Source of the DNA: Myxococcota bacterium
Lineage (GTDB): Bacteria > Myxococcota > JACRCW01
Assembly (NCBI GenBank): GCA_040752415.1
Contig: JBFMGU010000011.1
Location: 1 to 64,000 of the forward strand
Reading direction: 5' to 3'
DNA: 64,000 bases
Positions 43,049 to 51,956 of the stretch are shown in pieces. Positions within the stretch are counted from its first letter, which is position 1. The number at the start of each line of letters is the position of its first letter. The position numbers were made by a program, and so were the translations under genes. The notes below the pieces were generated by a model, which was given only the letters and a program-made list of their open reading frames with translations, did no database searches and was not told the DNA's origin.

Positions 43049-43306
43049 ATGAACCGCCGTGACGATCCCAAGGACACCCTGCCCGAGACCGTGGCCGCGC
43101 TGCAGATGGAGCTGGACCGGGAAGGCGTCAGCTCCCACAAGCTGCTGCACGGCGCCATGACCCTGGCCGCCATGGGCTACCCCGCCGCCGCTCGCGAGTA
43201 CGCCGCGCGCGCGTTGATTGCCGCGCGACGCGAGGGTGACGAGGAGAGTCGGGAGATGGCGGCGGCCATGCTGCTCACCGCGCGCATGGAACGGGGCGTG
43301 GCGTAG
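43049..43306 (+). CDS. Small helical hypothetical protein, probable paralog of the upstream ORF
   Basis: GAGGG RBS; shared AxEYAxRAxxxAxxExD motif. Confidence 0.72.
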   Translation: MNRRDDPKDTLPETVAALQMELDREGVSSHKLLHGAMTLAAMGYPAAAREYAARALIAARREGDEESREMAAAMLLTARMERGVA

Positions 43307-43474
43307 CGGGGTCTTCGCTTTTGTTCCCTGGCGGCAGCCGAGGCTGCACCTGGAAAGGCACCAAGCCCTGCCCTCGATGTCCGGTTGTCCGCCTTCACGT
43401 CGGGAGGGCTCCGCGTTGGTGGCGTCGGGCGGGAGTTACAGGTTTCACCGGGAACCGCGCTATACCTGCGCGCC

Positions 43475-44647
43475 GTGAGCGTCCATCACCACCACCGACA
43501 CCTGCTCCTGGACCTGCTGCGCGAACGGCTCTTCAAGGCCGCGCTCCTCTTCGTGGGCACGTGGCTCGTCGGCGGCGTGGGGTTCTGGATCATTGGCCGC
43601 ATCTACAACGTCAATGACCAGCTCCTGCTCCCCGACGGAACGCTCGACCACACCAACTTCGGCATCCTCAATTGCCTCTACCTGGCCGCCATGGCCATCA
43701 GCACGCTGGGCTTTGCCGACATGGGCATGCTCAACCGCGTACCGGGCGCCGGTCGCGACGTCATCTACATGTACCTCATGACCTACGCGCTCAGCGCGTA
43801 CATCGTGGTGGTGTACGCCTCGGCGCAGATCGTCAGCTACGTCGTCGAGGGGGCGCTGGGGAAGTACCTGGAGAAGCGCCGCATGGAGCGCGACCTCAGC
43901 GAGGCCGCCGGTCACTACGTGGTGTGCGGGCTGGGCATGACCGGCCAGAACGTGGTCAGCGAGCTGGTGAAGGCCGACCGCCCCGTGGTGGGCATGGACA
44001 CCAACGAGGAACGCGTGGCGCAGCTGAAGGCGCTCTTCCCCGACGGATTGTTCTTCGTGGGCGACGCCACCGAGGACCAGACGCTCAGCCACGCCGGCCT
44101 GCCCCGCGCCGCGGGCCTGTTCTGCACGCTGCCCAGCGACAAGGACAACATCATCATCGCCCTCAGCGCGCGGCAGGCCCGGCCGGAGCTGCGCATCGTG
44201 GCGCGCGCCACGGCGTTGCAGAACCTGGACAAGTTCCGCCAGGTGGGCGCCAACGCCACCATCAGCCCCAACCACATTGGCGGCATGCGCATGGCCAGCG
44301 AGATGCTCCGTCCCGCCGCCGTGAAGTTCCTGGACACCTTCCTGCGCAGCCAGGACGAGAAGCGCCTGCACTTCGAGAGCGTGCGCGTGGACCCGGCGAG
44401 CCCCTGCGCGGGCAAGCGCCTGGCCGAGCTGCGCATCCACGAGAACCTGGGCCTGGTGGTGGTGGCCACGCTCAGCGCGCAGGGCTCCTTCCGCTACAAC
44501 CCCCCGCCCGAGACCGTGGTGTCCGGCGGCGACAGCGTGGTGGTGATGGTGGACCCCGACGGGCGCGCCGCGCTGGAACGCTACCTGGCCCAGCCGCCCA
44601 ACGAGCAGCAATCTCCGTCGGAGAGCCGCCCCGCGCGCGTGGCCTGA
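43475..44647 (+). CDS. Potassium channel protein (2TM pore + TrkA-N/RCK + TrkA-C)
   Basis: Pore helix with filter STLGFAD, CGLGMTG Rossmann motif, GDAT, and C-terminal FRYNPPP. Confidence 0.9.
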   Translation: MSVHHHHRHLLLDLLRERLFKAALLFVGTWLVGGVGFWIIGRIYNVNDQLLLPDGTLDHTNFGILNCLYLAAMAISTLGFADMGMLNRVPGAGRDVIYMYLMTYALSAYIVVVYASAQIVSYVVEGALGKYLEKRRMERDLSEAAGHYVVCGLGMTGQNVVSELVKADRPVVGMDTNEERVAQLKALFPDGLFFVGDATEDQTLSHAGLPRAAGLFCTLPSDKDNIIIALSARQARPELRIVARATALQNLDKFRQVGANATISPNHIGGMRMASEMLRPAAVKFLDTFLRSQDEKRLHFESVRVDPASPCAGKRLAELRIHENLGLVVVATLSAQGSFRYNPPPETVVSGGDSVVVMVDPDGRAALERYLAQPPNEQQSPSESRPARVA

Positions 44648-44673
44648 AGAATCTTCCCCCAGAAAACGCCGAA

Positions 44674-44708
44674 GCCCCGCCCCGAACGCGCGCGTTCGGA
44701 AGCGGGGC
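44674..44708. terminator. GC-rich hairpin between convergent genes (possible bidirectional terminator)
   Basis: gccccgc..ccgaacgcg / cgcgttcgg..gcggggc; no strong U-tract. Confidence 0.5.
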
Positions 44709-44746
44709 CGCGGGTGAAACTCTCGGCGCGTGGGTGCGCCGGGGGC

Positions 44747-45268
44747 TCACTTCATCATGGCCATGCTGGCCGCCACGAACGGGCGGTAGCAGTTGATGCG
44801 GTCACCGCAGGGCTTGTCGACGCAGCCCTTGGTGGCCTCCCACGTGCTCATCATGGACTGCGGGATCTGCGCGGGCACCTTGGACGCCACCTCGGTGCAC
44901 TTCCTGGTGCGCTCCTCCACCGGGCCCAGGCCGTCGGCCTCCAGCTCCTTGAGGCCGTCGGTGCGCATGGTGGCCTTCTGGTTGGCGTCCGCCACCTTGG
45001 CGGCAAACTCCGGGTTGGCCTTGGCGCGCTCGTCCATCAGCAGGTCGATTGCCTGCTCCTTGCACAGCGCCAGCTGCTCGCGCATCTGCAGGCAGTGGCT
45101 CACCAGGTCGGCCTGCGCGGGCGCGGCCACCGTGGGCTCCGCCGCCGCAGCCTGGGCCTGCTGCTCGGTGGCGGGCTTCTCCTCCGCCTTCTTCTCCTCC
45201 TTGCTGCCACCACAGCCCACGGCCAGCGCGGCCGCCAGCACTGCGCTCAACGTCCACATGCTCTTCAT
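44747..45268 (-). CDS. Hypothetical helical lipoprotein with Cys pairs
   Basis: LAVGC lipobox and GGGAG RBS. Confidence 0.8.
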   Translation of the reverse strand: MKSMWTLSAVLAAALAVGCGGSKEEKKAEEKPATEQQAQAAAAEPTVAAPAQADLVSHCLQMREQLALCKEQAIDLLMDERAKANPEFAAKVADANQKATMRTDGLKELEADGLGPVEERTRKCTEVASKVPAQIPQSMMSTWEATKGCVDKPCGDRINCYRPFVAASMAMMK

Positions 45269-45480
45269 TGTCTGTCTCCCGTGGTTGGGCTCCCCGTCCG
45301 GGTTGGTGGGAGCCGTCGGTCAAAAAGCGTTGAAAGGGCGCGCTGCATGACACACCACCCCCACGACGATCAAGCGCCGCTCCCGCCCACTCCACGACGT
45401 CAGGTTGTCCGCCATTGCGGACGGTGCGCGGGTGCGCCACACTCGTGGTACCGTCGTGGTTCCACCGGGAAGGACGCCGC

Positions 45481-46297
45481 ATGACCACCGCCACCGCAGC
45501 ACGTCCCCGCAGCCAGCTGCAGAGCCCGCCGCCCTCCGTGTCGACGGGGAACGTGGCCGCGCAGAACACCACCACCGCGCCGGCGACGGTGCAGGGCAAC
45601 GCGCCGGTGCAGCTGCGGCTGGATGAGACGTTCGAGCGGAGCGCGGGGCAGACGGAGCAGCGCCGGCTCCTGGGTCAGGAACAGGGTGGGTCGGACCCCG
45701 CGCGTGGGGCAGGGACCCTCGGTGAGCGCGGCCAGCCTGCAGCAGGCGGACGCGGCGCGACGCACCCAGGGCACCAGCGAGCCCAACCAGACGCTGCACG
45801 AGGTCGAGGACTTCAAGTGGCTCAGCCAGTTCGACAAGCGGGTCCCGGGCGCGGGGAACAAGGCGTGCTTCCGCGCCGCGTCGATGTCGGCGGCCAAGAG
45901 CGGCGCCAAGGTGGATGGCGACGAGCGCTTCCAGGTGGCGCTGGGTGAGAACAAGGCCGGCAAGATCAGCAAGGTGGACAAGAAGGCGGCCAGGGAAGGT
46001 GTCGACTACATCGACAGCCAGCTGGCGAGCGGGAAGCCGGTGGTGGTGGGCATCACCGACAAGGACAAGGCCTACAACCTGGACGGCATCACCGATCACT
46101 TCGTGACCATCACCGCCAAGAAGACCGACGAGAAGGGCCGCACCTACTACGAGTTCCGCGACCCGGGCACCAGCCACGAGGCGCGCAGCACCGGTCGCTT
46201 CTACGTGGGTGACGACGGAGTCTTGCGCGGCAAGGGCCCCTACCAGGCCAAGCCGGTGAACTACGAAGTGGCCATGATCCGCAAGAACGTCCCGTGA
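45481..46297 (+). pseudogene. Frameshifted gene: disordered N-terminus plus papain/C39-like cysteine peptidase domain
   Basis: 817 nt (3n+1); frame switches near the G4 run at 45706-45709; WLSQ, KACF, DHFV and RDPG residues. Confidence 0.7.
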
Positions 46298-46908
46298 TCA
46301 CGCTCTACGGCACCAACACCTCACCCTTTGTCCGCAAGGTCCGCATCCACCTGCTGGAGATGGGGCTGGCGCACAACGTGGTGAACACGCTGGACGACGC
46401 GGGGCAGGCGGAGCTGCGCAAGGTCAACCCGCTGTGGAAGATCCCCGCGGCCGTCTTTGACGACGGAAGAACGGTCTTCGACTCGCGCGTGCTGCTCACG
46501 TTGCTCTGGGAGGGACATCGGGACGCGGGCGTGCGCGCGGGGCTGCGGCCCATGGGCAGTGGCATGGAGCGCTGGGACGAGGAGAACCTGCTCACCGTGA
46601 TTGACGGCGTGGTGGACAGCGCCATCAACCGCTTCTACCTGCTGCGCGACGGACTGCCCGAGACCGGCTACGTGGTGAAGCAGCGCGAGCGCGTGGATGC
46701 CGCCATGCACTGGCTGGCCGAGCGGCTGCGCGGCGGGAGCTTCCTGCCCGACGGGAGCGTGGGCGTGCCGGAGATCAGCCTGGTGTGCGCGTTGGACTGG
46801 CTCACCTTCCGCGCGCAGTACGCGTGGCAGGGCATGGACGCATTTGCGAGATTCCGCGATGCGCACCGTGCGCGCCCGTCGGTGGCGCAGACCATGCCGG
46901 GGACCTGA
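46294..46908 (+). CDS. Glutathione S-transferase family protein
   Basis: TSPFVRKVR, NPLWKIP and FDS motifs; GTGA overlap with the upstream gene. Confidence 0.92.
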   Translation: MITLYGTNTSPFVRKVRIHLLEMGLAHNVVNTLDDAGQAELRKVNPLWKIPAAVFDDGRTVFDSRVLLTLLWEGHRDAGVRAGLRPMGSGMERWDEENLLTVIDGVVDSAINRFYLLRDGLPETGYVVKQRERVDAAMHWLAERLRGGSFLPDGSVGVPEISLVCALDWLTFRAQYAWQGMDAFARFRDAHRARPSVAQTMPGT

Positions 46909-47940
46909 TCAGCGCTGCGTGCGCAAGGCCCAGCCGATCATCTTGTAGAGCACGCGCGCGCCCACGTTGGCGTCCCACTCGTCGCCGTCCGGGCCGGGCG
47001 CCACCTCCGTCAGGTCAAAGCCCACGATCTTCCGACCGCTGCGCGCCAGCACGCGGAACAGCGTCAGGGCCTCCCGGAACGACAGTCCGCCCGGCACCGG
47101 CGTGCCCGTGCCCGGACACAGCGCGGGGTCCAGCCCGTCGATGTCAAACGAGATGTACACGTGCTCCGGCAGCGGCGAGATGATGCGCTCCACGATGGTG
47201 CGCCACGGGATTCCGTCGTGGAGGGCGCCGGCCAGCGCGCTGTCGTAGTGCTGGATGATGCGCGCGTCGCTGCGCGAGGCCACGTCCGCTTCCTCCTCGC
47301 TCATGTCGCGCAGGCCCACCTGCACCAGGTTCACCACGCCGGGAATGCGGTCCACCACGTTGCGCATGATGGACGCGTGGCTCCAGGTGAATCCCTCGAA
47401 AGCCAGGCGGAGATCGGCGTGCGCGTCGACGTGCAACACGCCCAGCTGCGGGTACCGCTCGGCGTGCGCCAGGATGGAGCCGTAGGAGACGCTGTGGTCG
47501 CCCCCGACGAGACCCACCAGCTTTCCCCGCGCCAGGTGCGTCTTGGCGGTCTGGTGCACCCAGGCGTTCATCTTCTCGCTCAGCGCGTTGACCTTGGCCG
47601 CGGCGGCCTTCAGCGCGTCGGTGGTGAGCACGCCGCCTGCCTCGATCACCGGCTCCGCGGCGCGCTTGGCCTCGTCGTTCCACGCGCGCACCTCGACGGG
47701 CTCGGAGAGCATGGCAATGCCCGCTTCGTAGGGGCGACCGGTTTCCACGTCGTAGAGGTCCACCTGGCGGCTCGCGCTCAGCACCGCGCCGGGCCCGTCC
47801 GACGTGCCGCCGCCGTAGCTGCAGGTGGCCTCGAACGGGACCGGGATCAGCACCACCCGCGCCTCGTCGACGCTGTGGGGAAGACCGAAGACGCCGCTGT
47901 CCTTGGACGCCGCCGCGCCCGGGTCAAACGTGTGTGCCAT
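46909..47940 (-). CDS. speB: Agmatinase / ureohydrolase family protein
   Basis: GGDHS, DAHAD and SFDIDGLDP...TGTPVPGG motifs. Confidence 0.9.
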   Translation of the reverse strand: MAHTFDPGAAASKDSGVFGLPHSVDEARVVLIPVPFEATCSYGGGTSDGPGAVLSASRQVDLYDVETGRPYEAGIAMLSEPVEVRAWNDEAKRAAEPVIEAGGVLTTDALKAAAAKVNALSEKMNAWVHQTAKTHLARGKLVGLVGGDHSVSYGSILAHAERYPQLGVLHVDAHADLRLAFEGFTWSHASIMRNVVDRIPGVVNLVQVGLRDMSEEEADVASRSDARIIQHYDSALAGALHDGIPWRTIVERIISPLPEHVYISFDIDGLDPALCPGTGTPVPGGLSFREALTLFRVLARSGRKIVGFDLTEVAPGPDGDEWDANVGARVLYKMIGWALRTQR

Positions 47941-48014
47941 GGCGCGCATCTATCCGCATCCGCGGGAGGGAACAAGGAGCCCGAGCCAAAGCGGTACTGC
48001 ATACCGCAGTCCGA

Positions 48015-48230
48015 AAGGGCTGGCGCCCGCGGCGGTGACGACGAGAAATGCTCCTGGCCCGATGGGGCTGGGTGGGAAGGGCTGGCGCCCGCGGCGGTGA
48101 CGACGAGAAATGCTCCTGGCCCGATGGGGCTGGGTGGGAAGGGCTGGCGCCCGCGGCGGTGACGACGAGAAATGGTCGTGATCGCTGGCCCGGGTGGGAG
48201 GGGCTGCGGCCGCGCTGACGACGAGAAAGG
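48015..48230. repeat. About 62-bp intergenic tandem repeat (3 near-identical starts plus a degenerate fourth)
   Basis: aagggctggcgcccgcggcggtgacgacgagaaatg at 48015, 48077 and 48139; variant copy near 48199. Confidence 0.9.
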
Positions 48231-48312
48231 GGCCCCGAAAAGCCGATGCGCGGCCAACTGCACCTTCGCAGCGGGCCGCGCACCGGAGCGCATCAACCAT
48301 GGAACCGCGAGC

Positions 48313-49725
48313 TCAGGGGAAGATGCCCAGCTCCATGTAGTTGGTGGCGATCTTGCGCACCGCGCTCACGAACGCCGCCGTGCGCATGTCCGGGATCTTG
48401 GGGTTCTTGCGCATGGTGTCGCGGATCTCGTTGTACGCCACCACCATGCTGTCCTCGAGACCGCTGTTCACCAGGTCCTCCTCGTCGGGGCCGTGGATGA
48501 GCAGTTTGCGCTCACTCTCGGACAGGCTCTTGCCGGTGGCCTTCTCGATGCTCGCCACCATGCGGCGGTGGTTCATCTCCTCGAAGCGCTTCTCCATGCG
48601 ACCAAAGCGCACGTGGCTGAGGTTCTTGAGCCACTCGAAGTAGCTCACCGTCACGCCACCGGCGTTGATGTACATGTCCGGGATCACCAGGATGCCGCGG
48701 CTGCGCAGGATCTCCTCGGCGTCCGCGGTGGTGGGACCGTTGGCGCCCTCCGCAATGATCTTGCCCTTGATGCGCGCCGCGTTCTCACTGGTGATCACGT
48801 TCTCAATGGCGGCGGGCACCACCACGTCGCAATCCACCTCGAGGGCCGCGCCGCTGCCGCCAATGTCCTTGGCGCCGGGGAAGCCGTTGATCTTCTTGGT
48901 CTCATTGCGGTAGCGCACCACCGCTTCCACGTCGAGACCGTTGGCGTTGTAGATGGAGCCTTCCGCCTCGGCGAGCGCGACCACGATGGCCCCGCCCTCC
49001 TGGAGGAACTTGGCGGCGTGGTAGCCCACGTTGCCCAGGCCCTGCACCACCACGCGCTTGCCCTCCAGCCCGGTGGAGAGACCAAGCTGCTTCATCGCCT
49101 CCGTGTCCTGCAGGCACTCCTTGACGCCGAAGAACACGCCGCGCCCGGTGGCCTCCTTGCGACCGCGGATGCCGCCGAGGCTGATGGGCTTGCCGGTGAC
49201 GCAGCCCGCGGCGTCGAGGTCACCACGCAGCTGGGAGTAGGTGTCGGCAATCCAGGCCATCTCACGGGGGCCGCTGCCGTAGTCGGGCGCGGGCACGTCC
49301 ACGCCGGGGCCAATGAAGTTCTTGCGCACCAGCTCCGCGGTGTAGCGACGCGTGATGCGCTCCAGCATCTCCACGCTGACCTTGCGGGGGTCCACCTTGA
49401 TGGCGCCCTTGGCACCACCAAAGGGCACATCCACGATGGCGCACTTGTAGGTCATGAGCGAGGCCAGCGCGATGACCTCATCCTCGTCGACGTTGGGGGC
49501 GTAGCGGATACCGCCCTTCACCGGCATCTTGTGGTGGCTGTGCTCGGCGCGCCACGCCTCGATGACCTCAAACCCGCCGCCATCCTTCCGCACGGGGAAA
49601 TGGAACTTGTAGACGCTGTTGCACACCCGGATCTGTTCCATCAGACCGCTGGGATAATCCAGGAACTGCGAAGCGCGTTCGAAGTTGCGATTGACGGTAG
49701 CGAGCATGCTGTTGGTGCCAGTCAT
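48313..49725 (-). CDS. gdhA: Glu/Leu/Phe/Val dehydrogenase (glutamate dehydrogenase)
   Basis: KGGIRY, PFGGAKG, DVPAPD, GLGNVG, EGANGP and [10 protein letters not shown] motifs. Confidence 0.93.
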   Translation of the reverse strand: MTGTNSMLATVNRNFERASQFLDYPSGLMEQIRVCNSVYKFHFPVRKDGGGFEVIEAWRAEHSHHKMPVKGGIRYAPNVDEDEVIALASLMTYKCAIVDVPFGGAKGAIKVDPRKVSVEMLERITRRYTAELVRKNFIGPGVDVPAPDYGSGPREMAWIADTYSQLRGDLDAAGCVTGKPISLGGIRGRKEATGRGVFFGVKECLQDTEAMKQLGLSTGLEGKRVVVQGLGNVGYHAAKFLQEGGAIVVALAEAEGSIYNANGLDVEAVVRYRNETKKINGFPGAKDIGGSGAALEVDCDVVVPAAIENVITSENAARIKGKIIAEGANGPTTADAEEILRSRGILVIPDMYINAGGVTVSYFEWLKNLSHVRFGRMEKRFEEMNHRRMVASIEKATGKSLSESERKLLIHGPDEEDLVNSGLEDSMVVAYNEIRDTMRKNPKIPDMRTAAFVSAVRKIATNYMELGIFP

Positions 49726-49885
49726 GGAATCCTCCGGGCTGCACGGCCCTCTCGGCGCGGCACTCCTAGGCCAGAGGTCTGGTGCCTGCAAGCAACTGCT
49801 GCAGCGCATAGCAGGCGTTCATGCTTGCGTTAGAGATGACGCATTTCCCGACGAGGGAAACCATGACCGGGCGCGTCAAAAACGT

Positions 49886-51922
49886 TCAGTCCTGCACCAC
49901 CACCGGCTCGCTGCCCTGCGTCACGCGCCAGCGATAACCGGCGGGCACATCGAACGACTGCGTAGCGAGATTCGCATCTGGCCAGCGCACTGTCACCGAA
50001 GCAACGCAGTTGCTGCCGAGCCCGAAGTGCAACACCAGGTCATGCTGCATGCCCACGTGACCGTGTCCGCCGCCCACCTCCTGCGTCTGGGTGACGCCGC
50101 CGGCGGTGACGGAGACGCGTGCGCCAATGGCGGCGCGGTTGGTGCCGGGCGCGCCGACGAGGTGGAGCTGCACCCAGTTGCCCGCCTGGCCCATGGTGTT
50201 CCGGAACAGCCGCATCTGCGCGGTGGGATAGCAGTGGTCCCCGCCCTGGCAGCGGTTGCGGGAGTGGCCCACCACCACGTCGAGGTCTCCGTCGTGGTCA
50301 AAGTCCGCAACGCCAATGCCGTGGCTGCTCTTGTGGTCGATGCCGTCCTCCTTGGACACCGTCTCGAAGGTGCCGTCGGGGAGCTGGTGCCACAGCCAGC
50401 CGCGCGTCCCGGGATAGTCGGTGGAGCCGATGTAGATGTCCGGGCGCATGTCGTTGTCGAAGTCGAAGATGGCCGCGGTGATGTCGCCGTCGTCGTAGAT
50501 GTTGCTGGCGTGGGTGCGCATCAGCCCGGTGGCCTCGTTGCCGGGGCGGGTGAAGTGCGCGGTGCCGTCGTTGAGGAGCAGCTCGCTGGGGTCGGAGGAG
50601 CTGCCCACGTCCCAGTGCTTGATCTCGGTGGTGAGCAGGTCCAGGTCCCCGTCGTTGTCGACGTCCGCGCACACCGTGGTGCCGCTGTTGCCGCCCAGGC
50701 GGTAGGGCTGGCGGTCGGTGGCGTGGTTCCAGCGGAACGCGTCGTCGTCGACGTTGCACACGATGTAGGCCGGCGGCGGCACGCCCGCGCAGTCCTCGTC
50801 GGTGGGGTGGAGCTTGCACCAGCAGCGCGCGCTCTCGTTGTCGGACCAGTCGGTGCGGTGATCAAACGCGTAGCCGCTCTCCACCGACGCATTGCGGTAG
50901 CTCACCGTGCCCGCTCCGTCGCGCTGGGCCACGAAGAGGTGGTTGGGCGCGCGGCCGTAGGAGCTGACCAGGAGCTCGGGGTTGCCGTCGCCGGTGAGGT
51001 CGCAGGCGAGCGCGCTCCACGCGTTGGCGGTGGCGCGCCCTTCGTTGAGGGCGGTGTTGTCCAGCCACGGTGAGGAGGTGAGGGTGAGGTCCGCGGTGGC
51101 GTCGTAGAAGTTACCGTCGCCTTCCCCCAGGTGGAGCTCATCATCCATGGGCGTGCGCCCCTGCGGCGTGCTGTTGCCCACCCAGAGGTCGATGTTGCCG
51201 TCGCGGTTGACGTCGACGAACGCGGCGCCCAGGCGCGGCGCGGTGTCCGCCTCCCGACGCACCTCATTGGCCGCGGGCCCGAACGTGAAATGTCCCGTGC
51301 CGTCGTTGAGCATGAGCTCCGCGGACTCGTCGGGGAATCCGCTCAGCATGGGGGCGTTGATGGCGGTGAAGGCGTCCAGGTCCCCGTCGTTGTCCACGTC
51401 GGCCCAGATGACGACGTCGGCGGGACGGCCCAGGTCGGGATCGGTGCCGTAGCGCGTCTGCACCAGGCCGCTCTGTTGCGTCACGTCCTCGAAGGTGCCG
51501 TCGCCCCGGTTGCGGAGCAGCCAGGTGACGCGCGCGGCGTTGAAGTCATCCGCGCCCAGCCCGCCGCGCCGCGAGGAGATGTCGGCCCAGCCGTCGCCGT
51601 CGATGTCGGTGAGCGAGATGCGCACGCCCTCCACGCCGATGGTGGACAGCCCGGTCTCGTCGGTGGCCTCCACGAAGGCCTCGGTCCCGTCGGTCCAGGA
51701 GCTGCCGGCGGTGCAGCGGTTCTGCAGGCAGCGCTGCGAGGGTCCGTGACAGCTCTCCCCCGAAGCACACAGCGTGCCGCCGCATTTGCACTGTCCGTCG
51801 GCGGGATCACACGTCTCACCGGTGTTGCAGGTCTTGCCGGCGCAGGGATCCCGCGGTGCTTGTTGAGACGGCGCGCAGGCGAGCGTGGCGACGCAGAGGA
51901 GGAGGGCGGCGAGGTTCTTCAT
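49886..51922 (-). CDS. CRTAC1 / ASPIC-UnbV FG-GAP repeat lipoprotein
   Basis: TLAC lipobox, repeated DxDxDGDLD motifs, AIGARV...LHFGLG ASPIC domain. Confidence 0.92.
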   Translation of the reverse strand: MKNLAALLLCVATLACAPSQQAPRDPCAGKTCNTGETCDPADGQCKCGGTLCASGESCHGPSQRCLQNRCTAGSSWTDGTEAFVEATDETGLSTIGVEGVRISLTDIDGDGWADISSRRGGLGADDFNAARVTWLLRNRGDGTFEDVTQQSGLVQTRYGTDPDLGRPADVVIWADVDNDGDLDAFTAINAPMLSGFPDESAELMLNDGTGHFTFGPAANEVRREADTAPRLGAAFVDVNRDGNIDLWVGNSTPQGRTPMDDELHLGEGDGNFYDATADLTLTSSPWLDNTALNEGRATANAWSALACDLTGDGNPELLVSSYGRAPNHLFVAQRDGAGTVSYRNASVESGYAFDHRTDWSDNESARCWCKLHPTDEDCAGVPPPAYIVCNVDDDAFRWNHATDRQPYRLGGNSGTTVCADVDNDGDLDLLTTEIKHWDVGSSSDPSELLLNDGTAHFTRPGNEATGLMRTHASNIYDDGDITAAIFDFDNDMRPDIYIGSTDYPGTRGWLWHQLPDGTFETVSKEDGIDHKSSHGIGVADFDHDGDLDVVVGHSRNRCQGGDHCYPTAQMRLFRNTMGQAGNWVQLHLVGAPGTNRAAIGARVSVTAGGVTQTQEVGGGHGHVGMQHDLVLHFGLGSNCVASVTVRWPDANLATQSFDVPAGYRWRVTQGSEPVVVQD

Positions 51923-51956
51923 CCGTGGCACTGCGTGTCACAGCGGGCGCGCGTTC

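Noticed and set aside
48015..48230. CRISPR array
   Set aside because: The inter-repeat segments of the first two units are identical, so it is a tandem repeat without unique spacers.
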